Assembly (NCBI GenBank): GCA_907165135.1
Contig: OU015567.1
Location: forward strand, 1,178,001 to 1,242,000
Source: Oikopleura dioica
Lineage: Eukaryota; Animalia; Chordata
DNA length: 64,000 nucleotides
Direction of reading: 5' to 3'
The notes under the pieces are model-generated. The model saw only the letters and a list, made by a program, of their open reading frames with translations. It made no database searches and was not told the DNA's origin. Positions 1 to 12,518 of this stretch are shown in pieces. The stretch's first letter is position 1; every line of letters starts with the position of its first letter. A program made the translations under genes and the position numbers.

Positions 1-25
1 GTGCCAAATGAACATCATTTTTAAG

Positions 26-3000
26 AGCGTGAAGCCGCCAAGGCCGCTGCCAAGGCTGCCGCCGAAGCTGCCGAAGCCGCTGCTGCTGCCGCCGCGGCTG
101 CTGCTGCTGAAGCCGAGCGACTTGCTTTCGAGCCCGAGGATGACCACATCTACCCCGGTGGTATCATCCAGGTCGATGCCTACGGTGACAACGAAGAACT
201 CGAGTGGACCGTTCTTGCAAACGACGCTGATTTTAACTCGCTCACCTTCCAGTTCACCGAGATGAACATTGACTGGCGAAAAGACGGTTGTGACGACTAC
301 GTCAAAATTCAGCCATACTCTGAATTGGGCGAAGAGTTGACTCCAGCTATCTTCTGCGGCCCCAACGGCCAGGAAACCCCATTTATGGTCATGGAAGACC
401 CCATCTTCCCATACCAGAAGGGACGTGGACAAAAGGGATGGAACTTCCAGTGGGACACCTACGGTGCCCGAGCTATCGTCACTTTCGTCTCTGATGACGC
501 TGGTAACGGCGGTAGCTTCACCCTCAAGGTCAACGAGGTGAAACGAGAGAACCCATGCCGAACTCGAGCCGATTGCATCCACGTCGGAGACGAGAAGCAC
601 ATTTGCGACTTCAACGAACTCACCAAGGAGAAGGTCTGCACTGAAGTCGACTGCACCAACCACCGACACTGCAAGGACGGTTCCGGCCCAGACGGTATCG
701 TCGAGACTTGCCGAGACAACAAGTGCGGTATTGTTGAATGTACTTCCCGAGACCATTGTGGAGATCAACAGGTCTGTGAGAACACTGCTTGCGTTGATGT
801 CGAATGCCGAAGCCACTCTCACTGCCCACGACATGCTGATGGCCGACCTCAGCGATGTAACGCCACCAAGTGCGAGCCTGTTGAGTGCCTTGGCAAGAGC
901 GATTGCGGCGACACTGGCATCTGTGACGCAAACGTATGCACCAACCACGAATGCCTCGGTCACGCTTCCTGCGAGGACGACTTCCCAGGCAAATGTGCTG
1001 ATGGTATCTGCAAGTGCGAGGGACGCAAGTGTATTGTTAAGGAGTGCACCAAGCACGCTCACTGCCCCGATGGCGGTCTTTGCGACAACAACCCTAACAA
1101 CAACCCAACCTTCGAGTGCTACAACGAACACCCTGATGGAGCCAAGACTTGCCGATCGCACGCTCAGTGTGGTGCCAAGGCCAAATGCGAGAACAAAAAG
1201 TGTGTCGCTGTCGAGTGCCGAACCAACGGTGATTGCTTGGGCAAAACTGGAGCCAACGCCTGGCGATGTGCTGACGAATCTTTCCCTGAGGAAGAACAGA
1301 ACAAGTGCTACGCCGTCGGATGTAACAAGCACGACCAGTGCGGTTCCAAATCTGTCTGCATCGATAACGAATGTGTTCCAACTGAATGCCGAACTAACGC
1401 TGATTGCGATGGAAACGCTCTTTGCGATCGACCAGACAAAGCTGATCCAACCAAGAACTCTTGCAAGCCTGTCGATTGTGTTGGCCACAAGGCCTGTTTG
1501 ACGCACAGCAATGCTGATTGCCAGGCCGGTAAATGTCTCTGCCTCCAGAACCAGTGCAAGCCACAGACTTGTGTTACCTCTGCCCACTGTGGCGCCAAAG
1601 AGCGATGCCACAACAACCAGTGCGTTGAAGCTCAATGCTCCGGTCATGGTCACTGTGCTGAGGCTATCCCCGACGGAAATGGTGGATTCAAGCCAGCCAA
1701 GTGCTTCCCCAACTGTGAAACCATCAAGGGCCGAAAGTACTGTCTTCCAGAGTGCCGAGCAGTTGAATGCCGAGTCGAAGCTGATTGCGACCCAAGTGTC
1801 CCAGAAATTTGCGATAAGAAAACCAATACTTGCAAGAAGGTTGGATGCCGAGGACACTCCTTCTGCCAAGACCAAGAACTTTGCCAAAACAACGAGTGTG
1901 TCTTGCAGGAGTGCACCACCAACGCCCACTGCGATGCCAGCAACAGCGAGGTCTGCAAGGACAACAAGTGCGAAAAGGTTGGCTGCATTGGTCACGCCGC
2001 TTGTGGATACAAAGAACGATGCATCAACCACACTTGTGTTCCCCGAGAATGTACCGACAACAGCCACTGCAAGGGTACTGGTGTCTTTGCCAAGTGCGAC
2101 AAGATCGCCGGTGTTTGCGAACCAGTCGAATGCATTGGTCACACTTCTTGCAACCGACTCAGCGAAACTGGCCTTGGTGAAGACTGCACTGATGGCAAAT
2201 GCCTCTGCGTCAAGAACGAGTGCGTCAAGAAGCAGTGCCGAGTCAACGCCCACTGTGGCTCGAGAGAGCGATGCCAAGCCAATGTTTGCCAGGCTGTCGA
2301 TTGTACTGATCACGCTCACTGTGGTGCCCAGGAAGTTTGCAAAGAGAATGTCTGTATTGATGTTGAGTGCCGAACCCGAGAACATTGCGGAGACAAGCAA
2401 GTTTGCGGCGGCGAAGATAACGGCAACAAGTGCAAGAATGTTGATTGCATTGGCCATGCTGACTGCGAGAACTTTGGTTCTGAGGACGAGTCCTACATCT
2501 GCTCCAAGAACAGCTGCGTACCAGTCGAGTGCCGAACTAACGAAGATTGCGGAAGCAACTCTCTCTGCCAGGACAACCTCTGCAAGAGCGTCGACTGCGA
2601 CTCCCACGCCGTCTGCGAGTCGAAATACGACGATACCTACCGATGCTACAAGAACACCTGCGTCCAAGAAGAGTGCCGAAACAATTCTCACTGCAACGTT
2701 GATGAGCTTTGCGACCGACAGTCGCTCACTTGCAAGAAGGTCGAATGCCGAGGCCATCAAATGTGCCAAGACAACGGCGTCGTTGGCTGTGAAGATGGAC
2801 ACTGTCTATGCAAATCTAACGAATGCGAGGTCCAGGAATGCCGAACTAATGCTCACTGTGGTGTTCAAGTAAGACAAAAAAATTTCATGAAAAAAAAATT
2901 GAAAAGAAACAAACAAGCATTATGACATTTTTCTTAGGAACGATGTCAAGAAAACCGATGCGTGCCAGTCGCCTGCACCTCTCACGATCACTGCCTCAAC

Positions 3001-4111
3001 TCTGTGATTCCTGGTTGCGCCGATGGCAAGTGCCGATGTGAAGCCAACGAGTGCGTTGCCGTTGCCTGCCGAACTGCCAACCATTGCGATGCTGATACCC
3101 AGATCTGCTCTGGCGAAAACCCAGAAGAAGGCGAGCCAAACGTTTGCATCGACGTCGAATGCAAATCCCACACAGCTTGTGGCCCACAGAACAACTGCAT
3201 TGACTTCAAATGTGTCTCAGTTCAGTGCACCGACGAGTCCCACTGCGGCCCCAAGGAACTTTGCCGGTATGAATAGCAATTTTTCATCCCTTTAAAATTT
3301 TTTCCAGAAAGTCCAAATGCGAAGAAGTCGAGTGCCGAAGCCACGCCCACTGCGAAGGTTTCTTCCAGGACACTGGTCTTGATGGATACAAATGTGTCAA
3401 ACAGGCAAGATTTGATTTATCAATCAAAGTCGTAAAAAAAGTTTTAGCAATGCGTCAACGTCGAATGTACCAACAACGACATGTGCGGAGACGATAAGCT
3501 TTGCGACAAGGCCACCAACACTTGCTACGAACCACAATGTATCGGACATCAATCCTGCCAATCCAAGGGTGTAAGTAAAAAAGCTGTTTTCCCACAGAAC
3601 TCGCTATTATTGATTTACGATTTACTCGATTTTCTAGGTTCCTGGTTGTGAAAACGGCCACTGCACTTGCATCGGAAACAATTGCATTGCCAACCAGTGC
3701 CGAACCAACGACCACTGCGGCTGGCCCAACCAGGCCCGACTTTGCCGAAACCTCGAGTGCGTCGATGTCGGATGTACCACCCACGACCACTGCAAGAACG
3801 CCGCTGGCGGAGGACCAACCTCTTATTGCCAGGGTAACGAGTGCGTCCACGGCTCCGAGTGTCTCGTCACTTCTGACTGCCCAGCTGACGAGCCATACGT
3901 CTGCAACTCTACTACCAAGAAGTGCGATTCGGTAAGAGATGGAAATACTCATTTCCCTTTTACCGATGTTTAGGTCGAATGTAACCGAAACACCGATTGC
4001 TTGAACGACAGCGCCATCTGCGTCGGCACCAAGTGCATCGAGCAAGAATGCAGAACCAGCGTCAACTGCCCCGCTGGCCAGATTTGCGTCGATAACATCT
4101 GCATCGAGTAA
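26..4111 (+). CDS. Secreted-type CUB-domain plus long Cys/His-rich repeat protein (oikosin/house-protein-like); 5' end lies outside the window
   Basis: Exons 26-2868, 2938-3266, 3308-3404, 3448-3570, 3638-3931 and 3974-4111 join in frame; introns are 41-69 nt, one GC-AG at 3405-3447. An Ala-rich linker precedes CUB motifs (YGDNEELEWTV..LTFQFTEMNID..GCDDYVKI..FCG..TFVSD), followed by dozens of C-x2-(N/H)-x2-C..C..N.C repeats. Stop TAA at 4109-4111. Confidence 0.9.
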
Positions 4112-4669
4112 AATCTTCCTTTCAACTTTCCCCATTTTAAGTTATAAATATGTTAAAAAAGACACTTCTTAGCACCCTTCAGAAATACACCGAAATACCC
4201 GTTAACGCATCTTCTTTGTTTATTTCCACTGTACAACACAACTAATCTGCGCCTCGTTCAAAATAACGAGGGCTGAAAAATTAATGGCCCAAAGTATCGT
4301 GTGTGCCCAAAAACTGAGAAAAAGAGTCGTGTCCGGCCATGTCCACGAATTACCATCTTTTTCGCTTGTTACTTTGTCGTTACTTCGTGTACTTAACATC
4401 TCATGTGCAGTAATAAACTTATTCTAAATATAAATAGTACTTTGTTGTTTCTTTTCAAAATCGTCCGCAGAATCTGTCAAATTTGACGGGTGGATATCAA
4501 TGATAGCCAAATCAGTTTGCTCTTCATGAAAAAGACGAGGGCAGAAGCGTATTTGCTCAAGTCAATTTGGAGATGATTTTTCTAGAGATATTTTTATTCT
4601 CCCTTAGCTTTGCGGGAGAACGAGGAGCTGTTCTAGAATTTCAACTGGCAAATCTAAGTCAAGCAGCAA

Positions 4670-5179
4670 GTGAAATTGGTGAGCTCAGAATTCAGATCGG
4701 TAAAAATTGCAGAAGAGATGGACCAAACAGATGTGATTATAGGACCAGTATTTGACAATTTAAAGAAATCTCATAAGCGAATTAATTTACGAATGCTAGT
4801 AAGAGATGAAGGCTTTGTTAAGTTCGCAAAGTTGAAACACGGACTCAATGTGAATCGCGGAAATTTTACAAAACTGGCGACTCCTGTCGACATTGACAAT
4901 GACATCATCCAATTTTCTTACGATTTTACCGATCGACTCATCTTCAAAGCAGTACGGTTGAGGCTGGAAACTGAAGTGAAGAAACAAACCGATATCATCG
5001 AGCTTTTCAATGCTAAGCAAGGAAGTGGTTTTGCAGATTCTCCGTCAACAAGGGTCAAACTAGCTGATGAAAAGGTAAAGATCGCTGAAAAAAACGTAAG
5101 CAAAAATTTAGTATCTACTGTTTCAAAACAAACGGGGAACGTGCTGGCCTGCGGTTTGCGTCAGATTTGTCGAGTTTGA
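4670..5179 (+). CDS. Uncharacterised protein exon; boundaries unresolved
   Basis: 169-codon ORF with protein-like composition; no recognised motif. Confidence 0.35.
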   Translation: MKLVSSEFRSVKIAEEMDQTDVIIGPVFDNLKKSHKRINLRMLVRDEGFVKFAKLKHGLNVNRGNFTKLATPVDIDNDIIQFSYDFTDRLIFKAVRLRLETEVKKQTDIIELFNAKQGSGFADSPSTRVKLADEKVKIAEKNVSKNLVSTVSKQTGNVLACGLRQICRV

Positions 5180-5260
5180 TCGAAAAGACGGGACCGTTTA
5201 TGCTGACTGATCTTAGTCGCCAATAAATTCTTGACGATCAAAAAGGACTCACTTTATTTT

Positions 5261-7213
5261 TCAGAAAAGAGCGTCTTTATAGCACTTTAAATTGTTGCGA
5301 TAGAACCAAAGCTCGTCAATCCGGTTGTGAAGATCTAAATCAGAAAATTATTCGGGAATAAACTCATCTCTAGAAACCAATTTTGCTTTTCCCCATCGGA
5401 AATCGTCGACTTGTATATTCAGTTTTGTCGTTATCGACGCATTTTGATGGGTAGGCTTCACTTCTGTGGCCAACTACGAAGGTATTGCAGTAGGCTATCC
5501 TCAGCTTTCCAATTGCATCTATAAAGAATTCTCGATGTGCTTTCTGTTCAAATTGTGGATCCATTCTTATCGCTCCGGCTGTCGAGGTTCTTTGTTGGGG
5601 GTCGTAAAAATTTTATTCTAGAATTATTGAAAGAACGTTTTTCAAAATTGATAGAAAAAGTGAAAGACCCTTTCCTTGCAAGATAAAAATTCGCCGTAAC
5701 ATCAACAACAAAGCATTTTCCTTCGTAACCTGTAAGTGGAATCTCATAAGTAGGGCGAATTCGATTGTAACAATATCCTTTTTCGCTGTATGGGACATTG
5801 AATCTATCAAATCGCTGCCAATCTCTTCTCGTCTTGCTCCCAAGTCCACCACCAATGATATCATAACCAGTCTTCTCCGCGATCTTCATCATTTCGGCTA
5901 GTTTTGTTTCACTGTTGAATTGAGTGTCATCATCGACCCAAACAAAATAAGGTGTCCGGACTTGAGAGATCGCCAGTGCTCGGCCAGCGAACCAGCCCTC
6001 TTCAGCTGGCATTTTGTATTGCTTGACTGTTGGGAATTCATTGGTGTCTATTGTCTTGTAGACTTCGGTGGGATTGTCGTCTGCGACGATGACGATCATT
6101 TTTGGAAAATATTTCTTAAAAATGGTTAAAAATGAGATTGCAGGACGATTCGCCATTTTTTCAAAAATGAATGAATAAAAAGTACCTTGATTGAGAGAAG
6201 AAGTGAATGCAAGCAGTTGTATCGAAAAATCGTCTTGGTGACAATCGTTATCATCCTATTTAGCTCATTTGAATCGCGGTATTGTAGAATTGGCAGTGGT
6301 TTTCTTCGGATCCGAACTGGTATTTTGATCTCTTCATTTTTTGTGCTCGATGTCAAGGTGAAAGTTATCAGATCAGTTATTGGTCGGGCATCATAATACT
6401 CTGAACCGTTATGAAATCGAGTATATCTGCGGATATCATACCAGGAAAGTATCGAATTCCTTTGAGAATTTCATTCGCGTTTTTTTCTGAAACATCTTGC
6501 TCAAGAATCAGCATGTTTTCCGGGTACGCAATCGTTTTCAAAGGAGCAGAACTTGTAAAAGAACCGTAAATTGAGCTGATTTTGAATTGATATCGTTCCT
6601 CTTTTTCTCCAAAAACGCGAATGTATGGAATAAAATTCTCAAACGGTTCAATTTCATAGCCAGATGAAACGTACTGTATGTTACTATTTGCATTAGAAAG
6701 CAACAGTGGCGCATCATAAAATTGAAAGTAGTTGGCAGCTTTGTACTTTTTAAAATCTTCATCTCGAAGTGGCTTGATTTCGTCGAGCTTCTTGACGGTG
6801 CTTTTTGTGTAGTATGATGTGAGACGATCTTTCTCCTTTTCGCAGAAACACTGGGCGGCTTCGCTTTTTCGGGTGTAGGATTTTCTTGTGCTTGGAAGCC
6901 AAGGTTGGAGTTTTCTGTTGAAATCTTTTTCAATCTTTAGATCGTGTAAATTTCGCAGAACAGATTTGACGACCGTCTTCATTTTCGGCGCATTTCTCTC
7001 AATTTCAAGAGGTTCTTTTTCTTCCTGAATTTCTTGAAATTCCTCAGCGAATTCAGTCTCTTTCGTTTCTTGAGCAAATCGCAATTCATAGCTTTTCAGC
7101 AATCTTAGCTTCGCTCTTTCAAATTCTTCTCTTGAAATGTTCAGCCCAAAAAAGAAAGATCCGATATTCGTCACCAACAGAAAAAGAATCTGTTTCACAA
7201 AAATAGCTCTCAT
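5261..7213 (-). CDS. B4GALNT: Beta-1,4-N-acetylgalactosaminyltransferase-like (GT2), tandem copy 1
   Basis: N-terminal TM anchor; motifs IVADD, AISQVRTPYFVWVDDD, NFYLAR, MDPQFEQKAHREFFID and WFYRNNLKC. Exons 7213-6442, 6400-6186, 6114-5675, 5589-5378 and 5334-5261. Confidence 0.9.
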
Positions 7214-7516
7214 TCAAAAAGGCGAAATTTTCATTTTTGCCGCGCTATAAATCCAAAAAATAATGCGCTTTGTTTTGAGAAGATAAGATTTTACGACCGC
7301 AGCAGACTCTCCAGGCTGGATGAGCGCTTAAATTTTTTTCTAAGCCGGGTTTTTTAGCGGCTGGTCTTTGGACTTGAGATAAGAAATGAGGAAATTTTGA
7401 AGATTATAATTGAAATCTGCCCTTTTTTATCATTTCAATTTATTTTGGCAGTAATCATAATGCATTTCATTTTCTAGAGAGCATATTGTCCCTCCTTCAT
7501 TACGAAATTGAGAAGA

Positions 7517-9450
7517 TTAGAGGAGTTTTTGATTATTTGAAGCATGTTTGACGTGGTTAGTAAAATCGTAATCCAGGTCTTTGTAGCATTTGAAGTTATT
7601 TCTGTAAAACCAAAGCGCATCAATTCTATTGAGAAGATCTAGAAAAAATCTGACACGCGGTTTTCCGAAAAATTAAAACCTGTTTTGCTTCTTCCTGATG
7701 GAAAGCGTCGACTGTTGTACTCGGTTTTGTCATTGTCCACGCACTTGGACGAGTATTCCGCGCCCCTGTGGCCGACAACAAAAGTGTTACAATAAGCGAT
7801 TCGAAGTCTTCCGATTGAATCGATGAAAAACTCACGATGAGCTTTTTGCTCAAACTGAGGATCCATTCTTATCGCCCCAGCTGTTGAAGTTCTTTTTAGG
7901 GATCAAAAAGGAAACCATAATGCAAGTTCTTCTTGAAATTTCGATCCCTTTCCTTGCAAGATAAAAATTTGCTGTGACATCAACAACAAAACACTTTCCC
8001 TCGTATCCAGTAAGAGGAATGTCGTATTTAGGTCTTATCCGATTATAACAGTAGCCATTCTCGCTGTAAGGAACATTGAACCGATCAAACTTCTGCCAGC
8101 TTCTTCTTATTTTCGTGCCAAGCCCGCCGCCAATGACATCATAACCAGTCTTCTCCGCGATCTTCATCATTTCACCCAATTTCGTTTCACTGTTGAATTG
8201 AGTGTCATCATCGACCCAGACGAAGTAAGGTGTCCGGACTTGGGAAATCGCCAGTGCTCGGCCAGCGAACCAGCCCTCTTCAGCTGGCATTTTGTATTGT
8301 TTGACAGTGGGGAATTCGTTGGTGTCGATCGTCTGGTAGACGTCGGAGGGATTGTCGTCTGCGACGATGACAGCCATTTTCGGAAAGAACTCCTCAAATA
8401 AAATGCTTAATTATTAATTTAAATTTTTATGATTACCTTAATTGATAAAAGTAACGAGTGCAAGCAGTTGTATCTGAAAATCGTCTTCGTGACAATCGTG
8501 ATCATTTGATTAAGCTGATCCGATTCCCTGTATTGAAGAACTGGCAGTGGTTTTCTTCGTATTCGAATCGGGATTTTAACCTCTTCAATTTTTGTTTTCG
8601 AAGTAAGAGAAAAAGTGATGATGTCAGTGATTGGTCGCGCGTCATAATACTCTTAAAAAAATTGTCGATGAAAATATAAAAGAAAAATAACCTGGATAGT
8701 ATCGAATGCCCTTCAAAATATTATTGAGATCTTTTTCCGAAATATTTTCCTCGAGTTCAAGAGACGCAAGTGGCGAGCCGATCCTCTCCGACGGAGCCGA
8801 GCTAGTAAAGGAACCATAAATTGAGCTGATTTTGAACTGATACTCCTCTTCCTCCCCGCCAAAAACGCGAATGAAAGGAACAAGGCTTTCAAACGGCTCG
8901 ATTTCATATCCAGACGAAACGCACTGAATCCGACTGTTGGCGTTTGAAAGTAAAAGTGGCGCGTCGTTTAATTGAAAATAATTCGCCAATTTGTATTTTT
9001 CGAAGTCTTCATCTCGCAGGCGCTTTATTTTGTCCAAGTTTTTAACGTTGTTTTTCGTGTAATAATTAATCTTGTAATATTTTTCTTCCTCGCAAAAGCA
9101 CCGGGCAGTTTGATTTTTTCTTCCATACGATTTTTCCGTACTAGGGAGCTTGAAAGAAATGACTGATTTGAAATTTTTTTTGGCTGTTTTCTTACCCATG
9201 GTTGAAGCTTCCGATTGAAATTTTTCTCAATCTTTAGACTCTCAAAATCGTTGAAAACAGACTTAATTTTTGCCTTTGGCATATTTTCTTTTTCAGGTTT
9301 TTTCTCAATTTCTTGAAGCAACAACTCATATCTCTTTAGCAATCTCTCTTTTGCCGTCTCGAATTCATCCGACGAAATGCTCAAGCCAAAGTAAAAAGAA
9401 AATGTATTCGTCAATAAGAGAATAAAAAAATAAAGCTGCTTTGCAAACAT
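7517..9450 (-). CDS. B4GALNT: Beta-1,4-N-acetylgalactosaminyltransferase-like (GT2), tandem copy 2
   Basis: Paralogue of 5261-7213 with a near-identical catalytic region. It has an extra intron at 9149-9195; other introns at 8652-8691, 8393-8436, 7892-7952 (GA-AG) and one near the C-terminus. Confidence 0.9.
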
Positions 9451-9605
9451 TTTTCTTTCAAATTCCTTTAAAAATAATACTTTATCCGTGTTTTGTTTTG
9501 TAAAGCAGGTTGGGTTTAACGACCACAATAACTCGACTTGATGAGCTTTTTTCAAGATCAATTTTATGAAGCCGGCAATTTTCAAAGTTTTCAAGCAAAA
9601 GTTTA

Positions 9606-11290
9606 TTAGTAGCAAAAATCAACAGGCGTGAGAAAAACAATCGGATACCGAACTGCTGCTTCTTGACTCGCGACAATATCAGCAGACAGAAAATTTTCAT
9701 TCGCATCAAGATTAATTCGCTGAATTGACGAAAATTTTCCATAGAGGAATCCCGGGAAAACGAAAATTGAACCATCCTTCAAAATTGCTGTTGCAGAAGT
9801 AACAGTCTTAAAACTATTCTTTTCCATTTCTGAAATATTGGTACCTTCTCAAGAGATCCAATTAACGACCATTTATCCTTTTTGAGTCGCCAGATTTCAT
9901 TCAAATTTTTATAATTTCTTTGATTTAGTCCTCCGATTGTCAGAAGAGCTCCAGAACTAGGGTCGGCACCGACCAGCATTTTTCGTGGTCGGTTTGGTCG
10001 GTCCTCGTGAAAAGAGGCCAAATCAGTGGTCGTTTTGGTCGGTCGGGTCGGCTTTTTTGGTCGGTTTTTTTGGTCGGTTTTTTTAAAGAGCAAAATTTAC
10101 ATTTGTCAACATTCTTCTATCGCACACAGCCCTCGAGGGCCTCGGATCGAAGCATTTTACTGTGGCAGTCGATTCGCCATGAAAAGTTAAATTTTCAAGA
10201 GCTTTAGCCCGGACTCGCCGTCGATTTTTCTCTTGTCGCCGGAGAGAAATAAAAAAATCGCTCAAATGCGTAGGTTAAAATCGACCAAAAACCGACCTAC
10301 CCGACCAAAAGACACAAAAAAACCGACCAAAACCGACCAAAAGCCGACCATCCAAAATCGAGGTGCAAAATCTGAGGTCGGGCTGGTTGGTGCCCATAAA
10401 AACCCGACCATTTCCGACCAGGTCGGGTTTTTTGGTCGGGTCGGTGCCGACCCTAGCTCCAGAAGGTAAGCTGAGGAGTGCGAAACTTTTTATTGATCTG
10501 AAAAATTTAATCAGATAAAAAAAACTCAAATACCTAACCTTGGATGACTGGGAAGGTTTTCCCATCCATTTTTCGTCAGCATTTCAACTGAACCGTCCGT
10601 TTTTCCATCGATTAGTTCTGTATCTCCGCCAACAGCAGTTGGTTGACCAGAATAAAGGCCAAGCTCACCATACCAATGTTTTTTGTTCGTTTCGAAGGTT
10701 TTTGTTGAGTTTTGCCCATTGAACTCTTCACAACCCTTCATTGTTCTCCAGTCGACGCAAATAAGAGCTAAAAAAAGAAGAAAATTTTCTTTAAAAAATT
10801 GCTTTTTAACCTTTTTTGCCTCCCTCAAATGCTACAACCATATGTCCATTACGATAATCATTAATTAACTTCATCGGTAATTCCGTAAATGAACAACCAT
10901 CCAAACGCGCAATCTACGGAGAAATTTTGTTATAAGCATTGCTGTTTAGCCTACCCGGTGAGCGTATTCAAATGGGCCGCCAAAGATGTGGAGTTGATTT
11001 TTGATGAGGGCGGACCTTGAATCGTCTGTATAAGTCGAGAGGCTCTTTTGATAAGGTGGGTTTGAGTACTCAAAAACTGACGGAAGTGAAACTGAAAGTC
11101 GTTTGTTTGACCCGTCGCCAAGAAATGCGTAAGGGTGTGGATACGGCTTGCGTGCTTGAGGCTGGATAACTGCGATTTGGTCAGTTTGTTCGAGAGAGTA
11201 GATGAAGTTTTTGATTTTGGTGCTTTCATCGAACTTGAAAATTCTTACTCTTCTGTCATCTTTGTTCCCAAGTCCGGCCATGCTTACCGC
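9606..11290 (-). CDS. Kelch/beta-propeller-like protein of an Oikopleura-expanded family (3' exons), interrupted by a MITE
   Basis: Exons encode SALIKNQLHIFGG, ELGLYSGQPTAVGG..VEML...W..LPSHPR, SGALLTIGG..EIWRL, and the C-terminus RYPIVFLTPVDFCY* at 9606. The 5' limit is unresolved and may continue to 12310 and beyond. Confidence 0.7.
9957..10456. mobile_element. hAT-like MITE, 500 bp, inserted in an exon
   Basis: 18-bp TIRs CTAGGGTCGGCACCGACC; 8-bp TSD CTCCAGAA (9949-9956 and 10457-10464); many internal ACCGACC/GGTCGGT subterminal motifs. Confidence 0.9.
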
Positions 11291-11349
11291 CGGCAGCTTT
11301 TCTTTCTTATTCTATAGGAGTTCGATTTATTTATCCGAAATTTCGATGA

Positions 11350-12310
11350 TTAAGAAAGCTTGAACTGTTCCTCAAGGACTTTCAAAGAAATAAGTTCATT
11401 TTGATTATTTGAATTGAAGACAAAATTGAATTCCACTTCGCCCAACAAATTCTTATCAAAAATTTGAGTTTCTTTGAAAAAATAAGAATCTATCCAATGC
11501 GAGCCATTTGCGAAAATTCCAAAGCTCAAAAATGTCTTTTTATCATAAAATTCAAACTCCAAGATTTTCAGCGATTCTTTGATTTTTCCGAGTTTCTAGA
11601 GACGTTATTTTCATGGCTTGGTTAATGGCCTTGTTCTACCTGAAAGTCAATAGAAAATTTGAAGCTCCCTGTTTCATTCAAGTTTAATTTGAGCGAAGAT
11701 ATATGGTCGAATTCTTCGAGGTTTGAGAAGAAAATATCAGGCACAATCGTTTTTGGATATGGCCGGAAAAGAGCCGTCGCTACTTTGGGGAACTTTGGTT
11801 GCGAAACAGCATTTTTAGCGAATGAAGGGAAAACGTCATCGTGGAAAGCAAATGATGGATTGCTGGTTACATGCATTTTCTTCGACGATTTCCGTTGAAG
11901 AAAATCGAGCTCGATTCTTTCTGACATTCGGATAAATAATGAAAAAACAAACACTTAGTTATAAATCATACTTTATAATTTCGAATCTCTCCCGAAGTTG
12001 AATTCGATCTCAAAAGCCGCGTCAAAAACATAACTTTGCAAATAAATAGCTTCGTTGCTGATGAACCCGTTTGGAAAGTACTCGCATTCGTCCTTGTTGA
12101 TTCCAACCCGATCGGTGTAATTAGGATCATTTTGAGCAAACAATTCAGAAACGCACACAAAATCATCTTCATACTCGATCGATGAACCGATCCACTCGCT
12201 TCCGAGTGTAAGAAACTTTCCCTCTACCTCCAGCAATAATGAGTACTGAGTATTCGAGAGCGCGATGCTTCTGGTCACCAAAATGAGCATCAATCGCCCT
12301 ACATCTATCT
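11350..12310 (-). CDS. Uncharacterised exons, probably part of the same minus-strand gene or gene run
   Basis: Consecutive protein-like ORFs 11973-12293, 11622-11954 and 11350-11562 separated by short AT-rich gaps; exact splicing not resolved. Confidence 0.5.
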
Positions 12311-12345
12311 AGATGAGGGTCAAAATCTCTCTTTAGTTGTATTCT

Positions 12346-12495
12346 GGGGGTGTCAAAAATGGACAAAACATCTCAAAAAATTGCGTTGGCGCCTACTCGG
12401 CTGCTGATTGACCGTTGAGCCGAATCGAGGCTTCCGATTGGTTGAAAATTTCCACGCGAAATTTGTCGGGATATTTTGTCCTGACACCTCCCCGG
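12346..12495. mobile_element. MITE family A (about 150 bp, CCAATCAG-bearing), intronic copy
   Basis: Termini GGGGTGTCA..ACAAAA / TTTTGTC..TGACACC.CCCC; core matches the other copies in the window. Confidence 0.7.
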
Positions 12496-12518
12496 TATTC
12501 TTATCTACGAATTTCAAC

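Noticed and set aside
8-265. Pro/Leu-rich ORF in the track
   Set aside because: Wrong frame; the frame continuous with the ORF at 262 gives the Ala-rich linker and the start of the CUB domain.
459-4135. Numerous overlapping alternative-frame and antisense ORFs
   Set aside because: By-products of the repetitive codon usage of the Cys-rich gene.
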